From Anaerolineae bacterium (GTDB lineage: Bacteria > Chloroflexota > Anaerolineae > Promineifilales > Promineifilaceae), in contig JACSSI010000001.1 in assembly GCA_014879345.1 (NCBI GenBank), forward strand, positions 1 through 33,996: DNA of 33,996 nt, in the 5' to 3' direction. Below, piece after piece: positions 16,393 to 25,445 of the stretch (position 1 is the first letter of the stretch; each line of letters begins with the position of its first letter). The translations under genes and the position numbers were made by a program. The notes under the pieces were generated by a model. It worked only from the letters and a program-made list of their open reading frames with translations, was not told the DNA's origin and searched no databases.

Positions 16393-18402
16393 ATGAAGCG
16401 AAACATTTATTTAGAAGATATTCCTCTTGACGACGCGCAAGCTGTTTTACGCAATGCTCTGGCAGAGATTGGTCGCTGGCAGCCGCTGCCGGTTGAAATC
16501 ATACCGGTTTCTGAAGCAAACGGCCGTTTCACAGGAACGGCCGTTTGGGCAAAAATCTCAGCGCCTCATTACCATGCCAGCGCGATGGATGGCTACGCCC
16601 TCCGCGCTCGAGACAGTGAAGGCGCCACCGAAACCAATCCCATCCACCTGACACTAGTCGATTCACCCGAAGATGCGGAGCGCGTGAAAAAACCGGCACA
16701 AGCTGTCAATACCGGACATGCGATGCCTGCCTGGGCCAATACCGTCGTCATGATTGAGCACACCCAACCCTGGCAAGAAGGCGATATGACAGGCATCGAA
16801 ATCCGGGCATCCCTGCCACCCTGGCATCATGTGCGGCCTATGGGCGAAGACATGGTTGCCACCGAACTGGTGCTGCCTGCCAATCACAAAATTCGGCCTG
16901 TCGACCTGGGGGCTTTGGCCGGTTCTGGTCATGCGGAAGTAGTCGTTTACCGACAAGCAAAGGTTGCCATCATTCCCACTGGTTCAGAGCTTGTTTCGGT
17001 GGAAACGGCCGTTTCTGAAGGCATGTCTCCTGGGCAAATCATTGAATACAACAGCATGGTTCTCGCGGCTCAAGTTGAAAACTGGGGCGGGCTGCCCACT
17101 CGGTGGCCGCTGGTTAAAGATGAATTTGAAGCCATCAAAACGGCCGTTCAAGAAGCCGCCAAAACACACGACCTCATCCTGCTCAACGCCGGTTCCTCCG
17201 CAGGCAGTGAAGATTACACCGCCCACGTCGTCGAAACCCTCGGCACCTTGCTCGTCCACGGCGTTGCCGTCCGCCCCGGCCACCCTGTCATTATTGGCAT
17301 GGTTGATCAACAGTCAACAGTTAACAGTCAACAATCGTCTATTCCTATTATCGGGGTTCCTGGCTATCCTGTCAGTGCCGCCCTCACTGCTGAAATATTT
17401 ATTGAACCCATCCTGGCAAAATGGCAAGGGCAAGCAGCTTATGAACCAGAGCGGATAACGGCCGTTCTCACCCGCAAGCTCAACTCCCACACCGGCGACG
17501 ACGATTACGTGCGCGTGGCTGTGGGCAAAGTGGGCGAAAACATGATGGCAACTCCCATCAGCCGAGGCGCTGGCGTCATCACCTCCCTGGTCAGAGCCGA
17601 TGGCATCGTGCGCATTCCCCGTTTCAGTGAAGGCCTTGACGCCGGTTCAGAAGTAACAGTACATCTCTACCGCACCCCGCGTGAAATCGAAAAAACCATC
17701 GTTGCCATCGGCAGCCACGACCTTACCCTGGATTTACTGGCACAATTCCTGGCTGAGGCTGGCAGTGGTTACCGCCTCTCCTCTGCCAATGTGGGCAGCC
17801 TGGGCGGATTGGTGGCGCTGCGTCGCGGTGAAGCTCATTTCGGCGGCTCACACCTGCTCGACCCGGCCACCGGCAGCTACAATACCAGCTACGTGCAGCG
17901 CTATCTGCCCAATCAAGAGATCGTTCTAGTCACGCTGGTTGGACGAGAACAAGGCTGGATTGTGCCTTCCGGCAATCCCAAAAATCTCGTCGCCTGGGCC
18001 GATGCCGCCCGGCCAGATATTCAAATTGTCAACCGGCAGCGCGGGGCAGGCACTCGTGTTTTGCTCGACTATGAACTGGAACGACAAGGTATCTCCCCTG
18101 AGCAAGTGCAAGGCTATGATCGGGAGGAGTACACCCATTTGGCAGTGGCGGCGGCGGTGGCTTCTGGCACGGCCGATGCCGGTCTGGGCATTCAGGCGGC
18201 TGCCCGTGCGCTTCAACTCAGTTTTGTCCCCCTCACTCACGAACGGTACGATCTGGTCATGACCAAAGCTGTCTACGAAAGCGAGTTGATGCAGCCCCTG
18301 CTGGCTTTGCTGCACGATGATGCGTTCAAAACGGCCGTTGCCAATCTGCCCGGCTATGATACCACGCCCATGGGTGACGTTCATGTTGTAGAGGCACAGT
18401 AG
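16393..18402 (+). CDS. moeA: molybdopterin molybdenumtransferase MoeA fused to a C-terminal periplasmic-binding-protein-like domain
   Basis: 669 aa. MoeA N, core and C regions (SAMDGYA, PTGSEL, LLNAGSSAGSEDY, VRPGHP, GVPGYPVSA), then ~240 aa of PBP-like fold (GSHDLTLDLL...GGSH...NRQRGAGTR). Confidence 0.85.
   Translation: MKRNIYLEDIPLDDAQAVLRNALAEIGRWQPLPVEIIPVSEANGRFTGTAVWAKISAPHYHASAMDGYALRARDSEGATETNPIHLTLVDSPEDAERVKKPAQAVNTGHAMPAWANTVVMIEHTQPWQEGDMTGIEIRASLPPWHHVRPMGEDMVATELVLPANHKIRPVDLGALAGSGHAEVVVYRQAKVAIIPTGSELVSVETAVSEGMSPGQIIEYNSMVLAAQVENWGGLPTRWPLVKDEFEAIKTAVQEAAKTHDLILLNAGSSAGSEDYTAHVVETLGTLLVHGVAVRPGHPVIIGMVDQQSTVNSQQSSIPIIGVPGYPVSAALTAEIFIEPILAKWQGQAAYEPERITAVLTRKLNSHTGDDDYVRVAVGKVGENMMATPISRGAGVITSLVRADGIVRIPRFSEGLDAGSEVTVHLYRTPREIEKTIVAIGSHDLTLDLLAQFLAEAGSGYRLSSANVGSLGGLVALRRGEAHFGGSHLLDPATGSYNTSYVQRYLPNQEIVLVTLVGREQGWIVPSGNPKNLVAWADAARPDIQIVNRQRGAGTRVLLDYELERQGISPEQVQGYDREEYTHLAVAAAVASGTADAGLGIQAAARALQLSFVPLTHERYDLVMTKAVYESELMQPLLALLHDDAFKTAVANLPGYDTTPMGDVHVVEAQ
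17308..17335 (+). repeat. Tandem heptamer array CAACAGT CAACAGT TAACAGT CAACAAT inside the moeA CDS
   Basis: Read directly from the sequence. It encodes part of DQQSTVNSQQSS in the loop just before the GVPGYPVSA motif. Confidence 0.85.
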
Positions 18403-18480
18403 GAAAAACGGCCGTTATTTGTGTCGATAGGTTTCTGTGCTTCAATCCAAAACATCACTTAGGAGCGTAGTAAATTCACC

Positions 18481-19413
18481 ATGATTCAAACTTATGTTGC
18501 TGATTTACACAATCACACGACAGCTTCGGATGGGGAATACACACCCACAGAACTCATTCAAGAAGGCAAAAAATTAAACCTCCTTGCTATCGGCGTCGCT
18601 GACCACGACACCTTGAATGGCCTCGACGAAGCCTTAGCTGTCGGCCAGGAACTTGGTATCCAGGTTATACCCGCCGTTGAAGTTTCCCTTCGCTTCAAAC
18701 GCCCTTACTTCGTCGGCACGCTCCATTACCTGCTTTACATTCCCTATGCCTTATTAGCAGATACCGAATTCCGCCAAACGGCCGTTGCCATTTTAAAACA
18801 AGGTCGTGGTTCTGCCCTGGTTCACGCCCGCATAGCCGCCATCAATGAAGAATTTGGCCCCAACGGCAAAACGCCTTTGCTCAAAAAAGAGCTAACCTGT
18901 GAAGAAATCGAATCACTGGCTCCCAATATCACCCGTCGTCACTTCGCCCTGGCCTTAAAAGAAAATCATGGGCTGGACAGAGAGCAAATCAACCTGCTCA
19001 TCGGCAATGACAGCCGCGCCTACCTGCCCTCCGGCATCGAACCATCCCAATTAACACCGCTGCTGCACAAATACCCGCAGTTAGTGCGCGTCTTCGCCCA
19101 TCCGGCCGCTGGCTCCTTCCCAGGAGAAAGCCACTACAATGAGGTGCTGCCCCCTATCGAAACAGTGGCAATGCTCATGCCTGAGTTTTTAGACAACGCC
19201 GTTTTGGGACTAGATGGGTTGGAAGTGCAATACCCGGGTCATGCCCCCGAACACCGGGCTTTACTGGCTGAGTGGGCAGCCACCTACAACCTGATGACAA
19301 CCGGTGGTTCTGACTGCCATGATCGTGTAGAACGGCCGTTAGGCGTTGCCGGTGTCTCCCAATCAGAACTAAATGCCCTGCTTGCGCGACTCACCATCCA
19401 GGAATTTGCATAA
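18481..19413 (+). CDS. PHP-domain metal-dependent phosphoesterase
   Basis: 310 aa. ADLHNHTTASDG and GVADHDTLNG N-terminal PHP motifs, and C-terminal GGSDCHD. Confidence 0.8.
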   Translation: MIQTYVADLHNHTTASDGEYTPTELIQEGKKLNLLAIGVADHDTLNGLDEALAVGQELGIQVIPAVEVSLRFKRPYFVGTLHYLLYIPYALLADTEFRQTAVAILKQGRGSALVHARIAAINEEFGPNGKTPLLKKELTCEEIESLAPNITRRHFALALKENHGLDREQINLLIGNDSRAYLPSGIEPSQLTPLLHKYPQLVRVFAHPAAGSFPGESHYNEVLPPIETVAMLMPEFLDNAVLGLDGLEVQYPGHAPEHRALLAEWAATYNLMTTGGSDCHDRVERPLGVAGVSQSELNALLARLTIQEFA

Positions 19414-19488
19414 ATTTAGCGAATCAATTAAAGTGCTGAAAACAATGTCAAAAAGCATAATCAATTTCGCCCAACTTGAGAGGGGTTT

Positions 19489-20031
19489 ATGAACAAGCCC
19501 AAAGAAAAATCCAAATATGAGATGCTTTGCCAGACCTACAGAGCCTCGCGCAAAACATTTCTGGCCTATCAAGAAGATTGCCAGATATTCGCACGAGACG
19601 TTGTAGATGGCATGATCGAATATTTTGAGTGGCCTACATCACAAGAAATCACATACATCCCCCTGGGTGAAGAAATTGATCCCAACAACCGCTTCTACGC
19701 CATCTCCGCCGCCATGCAAATGGACGACGAATCATTTTGGCACTTTGGCCTGGAATTAAGCGTCGAAGAACCGAGCGGAGCTTACCCATTACCCTTTTTA
19801 ATGAGCTTCTTCATCAAAAAAATTGGAGATACTTTCGTTGTAAAACTTGGTCCAAATGGAAAAGAATTCAGAATTCCAGAAGAACGTCGTGGCGAATTAA
19901 GCCCCTTTTATGACATTGTATTCAAACACATTGTCCACTTCTTCACGAATAAATATCAAGATGCCGTCACCAAAGGACTGGACGAACCAGACTTTATCAT
20001 GTTGTCACCCAAAGCAGATACGAACCAGTAA
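19489..20031 (+). CDS. hypothetical protein
   Basis: 180-aa ORF in a gene-sized gap with a GAGAGGGG RBS-like tract. No motif recognised. Confidence 0.45.
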   Translation: MNKPKEKSKYEMLCQTYRASRKTFLAYQEDCQIFARDVVDGMIEYFEWPTSQEITYIPLGEEIDPNNRFYAISAAMQMDDESFWHFGLELSVEEPSGAYPLPFLMSFFIKKIGDTFVVKLGPNGKEFRIPEERRGELSPFYDIVFKHIVHFFTNKYQDAVTKGLDEPDFIMLSPKADTNQ

Positions 20032-20062
20032 CTTTGAGAACAACAATACACAGTGAAAGATA

Positions 20063-20911
20063 ATGCCCACAATAATAAGCAGTTTGGGCAACGACCATGT
20101 TAAACGGGTTGTCAAACTTAACAGTCGCCGATTTCGTAATAAACAACAGCAAACCATTGTAGAAGGGGTGCGAGAAATTAGCGCTGCTCTACAATATGGT
20201 ATCTTGCCTCAAGAGGCTTACCTGTGCCCAGCGTTAATCCAAGACCCACACGCCCAAAAAATCGCCACGCAACTACTCGAAAACGAGAACAAAACATCTA
20301 CCAAATTATTTGAAGTGACTCCTCAAGTTTTTCAGAAAATTGCGTATCGTGGTGAAAGTGGTGGCATCCTTCTCATTATCCCATGCAAACAACAACAACT
20401 AGAGGATTTACACTTGGGTGATCCACCATTTCTAGCTATCATTGAGGGCGTAGAGAAACCAGGCAATCTTGGCGGAATATTACGCACCGCCGACGCTGCG
20501 GGCGTAGACAGCGTTATTGTCTGTAATGATCAGACGCAGGACAGCACAGATATTTATAATCCCAACGTGATACGAGCCAGTTTAGGCGCATTATTTTCAG
20601 TACCAACTATTTCTGTTGATAACGGCCGTTTACACAACTGGTTACTACGCCACAATATAAAAATCATCGCCGCTACACCAGCAGCTTCAAAACCCTACAC
20701 AGACACAGACATGTCAGGCCCAACAGCCATCGTCATGGGCAGCGAAGCATATGGCTTGAGTAACACTTGGTTAGAAAACGCCCACGAACAAGTAACCATA
20801 CCCATGTTCGGCACTGTCGACAGCCTCAATTTGTCAGTATCAACAGCCTTGCTATTATACGAAGCCGTTCGACAGCGGAATAAAACTGTAAAAACTGCCA
20901 CAAAACAATAA
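20063..20911 (+). CDS. TrmH/SpoU-family RNA 2'-O-methyltransferase
   Basis: 282 aa. GNLGGILRTADAAGVD, MGSEAYGLS and IPMFGTVDSLNLSVSTALLLYE (SPOUT knot motifs). Confidence 0.85.
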   Translation: MPTIISSLGNDHVKRVVKLNSRRFRNKQQQTIVEGVREISAALQYGILPQEAYLCPALIQDPHAQKIATQLLENENKTSTKLFEVTPQVFQKIAYRGESGGILLIIPCKQQQLEDLHLGDPPFLAIIEGVEKPGNLGGILRTADAAGVDSVIVCNDQTQDSTDIYNPNVIRASLGALFSVPTISVDNGRLHNWLLRHNIKIIAATPAASKPYTDTDMSGPTAIVMGSEAYGLSNTWLENAHEQVTIPMFGTVDSLNLSVSTALLLYEAVRQRNKTVKTATKQ

Positions 20912-20925
20912 TCAGGTAAACAGAA

Positions 20926-21672
20926 ATGCGCGTCGCCTTAATCTCAGACATACATGGAAATAGCGTCTCACTGGAAGCCGTATTGGCAGATATCGAACAA
21001 GAAAATGTCGATCAACTCATTTGTTTAGGTGACCTTGCCACGTTAGGCCCTAAACCTGTTGCCGTCATGGATAGAATACGTGACCTGGGTTGCGAATGCA
21101 TCCTGGGCAATCATGACTTCTTCCTCATCAACCCATCCGTTCTGCACGAATATATGGATGCTCCCTGGTTCGCCGACTCCATAGCGTGGTGCGCCCAACA
21201 GCTTAGGCCAGAAGATTTTGAATTTCTCCACACCTTCAAACCAACACTAGAAATCCCGCTCTCAGAAACACACAACTTGCTTTGCTTCCACGGCTCCCCA
21301 AAATCAAACACAGACATCATACTCGCCATGACCCCTCCCACCACCGTAGACGAACTCCTTGACGGACGGAAAGCAACCGTCATGGCGGGTGGACACACCC
21401 ACATGCAGATGATGCGCCAACATAAAGGCATCATGCTCATAAACACAGGTAGCGTAGGCATGCCCTTTGAGCAAGCACTCTTCGTCCATTCCCCTCGTTA
21501 TTTGCCCTGGGCCGAATACGCCATCGTCAACTGTGAACAAGACGTAGTCAGCGTAGAGCTAAAGCGCGTCCCCGTTTCCGTTGATGAACTCATCGAAGCA
21601 GCTAACAACAGCGGCTTCCCCGATGCCACCGTTTGGATGAAAAATTGGATGCTGCCTGGAGACCTGCTATAA
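20926..21672 (+). CDS. metallophosphoesterase (calcineurin-like)
   Basis: 248 aa. SDIHGN, GDL, GNHD and GGHTH motifs in order. Confidence 0.85.
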   Translation: MRVALISDIHGNSVSLEAVLADIEQENVDQLICLGDLATLGPKPVAVMDRIRDLGCECILGNHDFFLINPSVLHEYMDAPWFADSIAWCAQQLRPEDFEFLHTFKPTLEIPLSETHNLLCFHGSPKSNTDIILAMTPPTTVDELLDGRKATVMAGGHTHMQMMRQHKGIMLINTGSVGMPFEQALFVHSPRYLPWAEYAIVNCEQDVVSVELKRVPVSVDELIEAANNSGFPDATVWMKNWMLPGDLL

Positions 21673-21883
21673 ATCCAAAATCTGACACAGGTATTAAAAA
21701 TCTAACTTACTCAATTTGTTTGTTAAAAATTTCACAAACAGCGTGATGAAAAATCGTTTACTTTTTCAGTTGCGGGATTATTCAGTTTGGTGATAATTGC
21801 ATAAGATAGATTAGTGTCTACTCGAATTACAACTATTCCCACTCTGGGGTATTCCCCAAAATTTAACACCAGGAGAAAATATT

Positions 21884-22867
21884 ATGTCTAGAAAATCCGT
21901 AAAAGTGGCAGTCACTGGCGCTGCCGGTCAAATTGGTTACTCATTATTACCTCGTTTAGCCTCCGGTGAAGTTTTTGGTTCTGACACCAAAATTTCCCTA
22001 CACCTTTTAGAAATCACACCAGCTTTAGGTGCTTTAGAAGGTGTTGTCATGGAACTGAATGACTGTGCCTTTCCACTGCTGGAAAACATTGTGATTACAG
22101 ACGACCCGGAAGTGGCTTTTGACGGCGTAAACTGGGCCTTATTGGTTGGTTCAAAACCACGCGGTAAAGGTATGGAACGAGGCGATCTTATCAAAGAGAA
22201 CGGCCCTATCTTCGTGGGACAAGGTAACGCTTTGCAAAAAGGAGCCGATGATTTGCGAGTCCTAGTTGTGGGCAATCCAGCCAATACCAACTGCCTCATC
22301 GCCATGAATAATGCCAAATCTGTATCTGCACAGCGCTTTAGCGCTCTGACTCGTCTGGATGAGAATCGGGCTTATGCTCAGTTGGCTGAAAAAGCAGGGG
22401 TTACGGTTAATGAAGTTAGCAATGTCACGATTTGGGGCAATCACAGTGCCACCCAATACCCAGATGGTGAAAATGCTAAAATCAACGGCAAACCAGCCAT
22501 GGAAGTGATTACCGACCATGAATGGATCAAAGGCGAGTTCATCAGCGTTGTACAAAAACGCGGTGCCGCTATTATCCAGGCGCGTGGGTTATCTTCTGCT
22601 TTTTCTGCAGCAAATGCGGCTCTGGATCATGTCAAGAGCTTTGAGCAAAAAACACCTGAAGGTCATTGGTTCTCGGCCGCCGTGGTTTCTGATGGCAGTT
22701 ATGGTATTGATGAAGGTTTGATCTTCTCCTTCCCTGTTCAGAGTGACGGTGAAGGTGGATGGTCTATTGTTCAGGGTTTGCCCTTGAGTGATTTTGCCAA
22801 AGAAAAAATTGCGGAAACATTGGCTGAACTTCGTGAAGAAAAGGCGATTGTTGCTGATTTACTGTAA
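21884..22867 (+). CDS. mdh: malate dehydrogenase (327-aa long-type MDH)
   Basis: [15 protein letters not shown] Rossmann motif, [23 protein letters not shown] and IWGNHS. AGGAGA RBS. Confidence 0.95.
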   Translation: MSRKSVKVAVTGAAGQIGYSLLPRLASGEVFGSDTKISLHLLEITPALGALEGVVMELNDCAFPLLENIVITDDPEVAFDGVNWALLVGSKPRGKGMERGDLIKENGPIFVGQGNALQKGADDLRVLVVGNPANTNCLIAMNNAKSVSAQRFSALTRLDENRAYAQLAEKAGVTVNEVSNVTIWGNHSATQYPDGENAKINGKPAMEVITDHEWIKGEFISVVQKRGAAIIQARGLSSAFSAANAALDHVKSFEQKTPEGHWFSAAVVSDGSYGIDEGLIFSFPVQSDGEGGWSIVQGLPLSDFAKEKIAETLAELREEKAIVADLL

Positions 22868-22892
22868 TATTTGCATAAATGCGATGATTTTA

Positions 22893-22922
22893 AAAAGGAG
22901 CATACTGTGTATGCTCCTTTTT
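22893..22922 (+). terminator. rho-independent terminator of mdh
   Basis: AAAAGGAGCATAC (22893-22905) and GTATGCTCCTTTT (22909-22921) form a perfect 13-bp stem with a 3-nt loop and a T-run. Confidence 0.8.
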
Positions 22923-22934
22923 GGTTTAAAACAC

Positions 22935-22962
22935 AAACAGCTCTGTGAAGACAGAGCTGTTT
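22935..22962 (+). terminator. second hairpin after mdh
   Basis: AAACAGCTCTG (22935-22945) and CAGAGCTGTTT (22952-22962) form an 11-bp stem with a 6-nt loop, followed by TTT. Confidence 0.5.
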
Positions 22963-23319
22963 GCGGGAAGAAGAAGAGGAGAAGAAGGAGGATTATTTAT
23001 TTTTATGGAGAATTGGGCGGCCTATTATTGGCCTTACTACTTTTTTCATCGAGCGGAAAAACTGATACCCGTTGACCGCAAGTATTTACTTCGTCTGGGC
23101 CGTTTTCCGACTACGAATTTCGTTTCGTTTTGGTTGGGCCGCCTCAATTCATGACAGTAGTATACGCCTGGGGCTTGTTCTTTGTTGGCTGCCTCACTAC
23201 ATTTAGGCTGTAAACCTATTTACAGATCGACCAGGTATTCATCCTGTACCCACCTGGCAGCCTTTGGATCTTCTTTAATGGGTGCATGATTAAAAATTCT
23301 AACAAGCGTTTGAAAATGG

Positions 23320-23347
23320 TTGCATTGATCCAATCTGCCATTATAAT
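23320..23347 (+). promoter_or_regulatory. sigma70-type promoter for the PRC-barrel gene
   Basis: TTGCAT (23320-23325), 16-nt spacer, TATAAT (23342-23347). Confidence 0.5.
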
Positions 23348-23418
23348 TTTGGTTAGCGGAGGCAGGGGAACGCCAACACCGCGACTTCAGACTAATCATA
23401 AGCAAAGGAAGGGAACTC

Positions 23419-23967
23419 ATGCGATTAGGTAAAGATCTCACCGGGAAACCGATCATCAGTGTCACCGACGGCCGTTTAGTAGGTTATGCTAAAGATTTAT
23501 ACGTCAACAAAGACCTCTATTGGGTCACAGGCATTTATACAGGCTCAGAAGGTCTCATTGGGCGCAAAGACAAGCTCATTCAACGGGATCACGTCGTTGT
23601 CTTTGGCATTGATGCCATTTTGGTCAAAAACGCCGAAGTCGAAACGCATAACAAAGAGCTGGATGATGTAGACGATTGGCAGCGGCTAGATAAACTGCGC
23701 GGGCGCGGCGTCGATACCCCAGGCGGCACCAAAGTCGGCGTTATCGGCGACATTATTGTGGGCGAAGAAGGTGAAGTAGACGGCTTTTCCCTCTCCCGCG
23801 TCCACATAGAAGGCCCCGTCGCCGATAATGGCACGATTCCACGCGCCGCTGTCGTCGATACAGGGCGTGTTGATGGCGTTATGACCATCGACCTGCAAAA
23901 AGTGGAGAACTTCCATCTAGCAAAAGAAGCACCCAGCGAAACCAAGGAAGAAAACGGAGACGAGTAA
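23419..23967 (+). CDS. PRC-barrel domain protein (two PRC-like repeats)
   Basis: 182 aa. LTGKPIISVTDGRLVGYAKDLYV and GVDTPGGTKVGVIGDIIVGEEGEVDGFSL resemble YlmC/YmxH-type PRC barrels. Confidence 0.7.
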   Translation: MRLGKDLTGKPIISVTDGRLVGYAKDLYVNKDLYWVTGIYTGSEGLIGRKDKLIQRDHVVVFGIDAILVKNAEVETHNKELDDVDDWQRLDKLRGRGVDTPGGTKVGVIGDIIVGEEGEVDGFSLSRVHIEGPVADNGTIPRAAVVDTGRVDGVMTIDLQKVENFHLAKEAPSETKEENGDE

Positions 23968-24106
23968 TTTCCGTCTAAACCCACGATCAAATCGTTTAAT
24001 TTCGTCCTGGAGGCAGGGAGCCACACCCACGCATCCTGCACTGCAAGGCACAAGCCGTGCTACACGCAAAGAATAACCTTGCGTGTAGCCTAGGAGAGTT
24101 AGCACA

Positions 24107-25261
24107 ATGAGTGACAATGGTGGTATTAGTTTTGGACTTACCGAAGAACAACGTGAAATCCAGTTATTAGCCCGAGAATTTGCCAAAAACGAGATGGCTC
24201 CGGTGGCTGAACATTACGACAAAACCCATGATTATCCCTGGCCTGTCATCAAAAAGGCACAAGAGATGGGGCTAACAACCATGAGCATCCCTGAGGAATA
24301 CGGGGGTCTGGGATTGAGTTTGTTGGAAGAGTGTATCGTCACCGAGGAGTTGGCCTGGGGCTGCTCTGGTATGAGTACGGCAATGGGTGTCAACGGACTG
24401 GCGATTCTGCCGATTCTTATAGCAGGCAGTGAAGCACAGAAGCAGGAATATTGCGGCCGTTTGGCTGACGGACAAATGGCGGCTTACTGCCTCACTGAAC
24501 CCGAAGCGGGTTCCGATGTGGCTGGCATTAAAACCAAAGCACGCAAAGATGGTGACCATTACATTTTGGATGGCAGCAAGACGTTTATCACCGGCGCGAC
24601 GGTTGCCAATTTCTTCACTGTTTTTGCCTATACCGACCCGGATGTGCGTTACAAAGGTATGAGCTGCTTTATTGTGGAGCGTGATTGGGAAGGCGTCAGT
24701 GTGGGCAAACCGTTCGACAAGTTGGGTCAACATGCGTCTGATACGGCCGAGGTCATTTTTGACGGCGTGAAGGTGCCAGAATCTCACCGGCTTGGCCCTG
24801 AAGGCACGGGTTTCATCACGGCCATGAAGGTCTTCGACCGCAGTCGGCCAGCCACGGCAGCGGGAGCCTTGGGCGTGGCACGGCGGGCGCTGGAAGAATC
24901 CATCAAATACGCCAAAGAGCGCACATCCATGGGACAACCCATCTGGCAATACCAAGCCATCGGTCACAAAATTGCTGATATGGCGATGGAACTGGAAGCG
25001 GCACGGCTGCTGGTGCATAAATCTGCCTGGTCTGTCGATAACGGGCAAGCAGACACGATGGTTTCTTCGTTTGGCAAGGCGTATGCGGCAGATGCAGCCA
25101 TGAAGATTACAACGGATGCGGTGCAGGTGTTTGGCGGGTATGGTTATATGTGTGAATACCCTGTCGAGAAGCTGATGCGCGACGCGAAGATTTTCCAGAT
25201 TTATGAAGGCACGAGCCAGATTCAGCGTAATATTGTGGTGCGGGAGTTGTTCCGTAAATAG
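24107..25261 (+). CDS. acyl-CoA dehydrogenase (short/medium-chain type)
   Basis: 384 aa. LTEPEAGSD, the GxKxFITG region, and catalytic-Glu motif IYEGTSQIQR near the C-terminus. Confidence 0.9.
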   Translation: MSDNGGISFGLTEEQREIQLLAREFAKNEMAPVAEHYDKTHDYPWPVIKKAQEMGLTTMSIPEEYGGLGLSLLEECIVTEELAWGCSGMSTAMGVNGLAILPILIAGSEAQKQEYCGRLADGQMAAYCLTEPEAGSDVAGIKTKARKDGDHYILDGSKTFITGATVANFFTVFAYTDPDVRYKGMSCFIVERDWEGVSVGKPFDKLGQHASDTAEVIFDGVKVPESHRLGPEGTGFITAMKVFDRSRPATAAGALGVARRALEESIKYAKERTSMGQPIWQYQAIGHKIADMAMELEAARLLVHKSAWSVDNGQADTMVSSFGKAYAADAAMKITTDAVQVFGGYGYMCEYPVEKLMRDAKIFQIYEGTSQIQRNIVVRELFRK

Positions 25262-25298
25262 TTTGGGCATGTACCGCGAAGATCGCGGAGGTTTTGAG

Positions 25299-25340
25299 AA
25301 TGGCAGCTATGCGATTGAGTTGTGTAGCTGCCATTTTTTA
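25299..25340 (+). terminator. rho-independent terminator of the acyl-CoA dehydrogenase gene
   Basis: AATGGCAGCTA (25299-25309) and TAGCTGCCATT (25325-25335) form the stem, followed by TTTTTTA. Confidence 0.75.
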
Positions 25341-25357
25341 TTTGTTCCGAAAATAGG

Positions 25358-25396
25358 TGGATTTATCCGCAGATTTCGCAGATGACGCAGATTTTT
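25358..25396 (+). repeat. Nonamer tandem repeat (CGCAGAT-NN) x3, preceded by GGATTTATC and followed by a T-run
   Basis: CGCAGAT at 25368-25374, 25377-25383 and 25386-25392, with an exact 9-nt period. Confidence 0.85.
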
Positions 25397-25445
25397 AGTC
25401 GAGTGATTTTTTGGGTCGGGCGTGAACGGACTGGCGTGAAATTCG

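Noticed and set aside
23220-23465. 81-aa minus-strand ORF in the mdh/PRC-barrel gap
   Set aside because: It overlaps the PRC-barrel start and its predicted promoter. It has no RBS and no recognisable motif.
24060-24088. 10-bp perfect hairpin (CTACACGCAA/TTGCGTGTAG) just upstream of the acyl-CoA dehydrogenase RBS as a riboswitch or attenuator
   Set aside because: It is a single short stem with no U-tract, no alternative pairing and no recognisable ligand-binding motif. I noted it only as a possible 5'-UTR structure.
24272-25270. 332-aa ORF on the minus strand covering almost the whole acyl-CoA dehydrogenase gene
   Set aside because: It is antisense to a gene with unmistakable ACAD motifs. 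The product is Arg/His/Cys-rich low-quality sequence with no motif. This is the typical stop-poor shadow frame of a GC-biased CDS.
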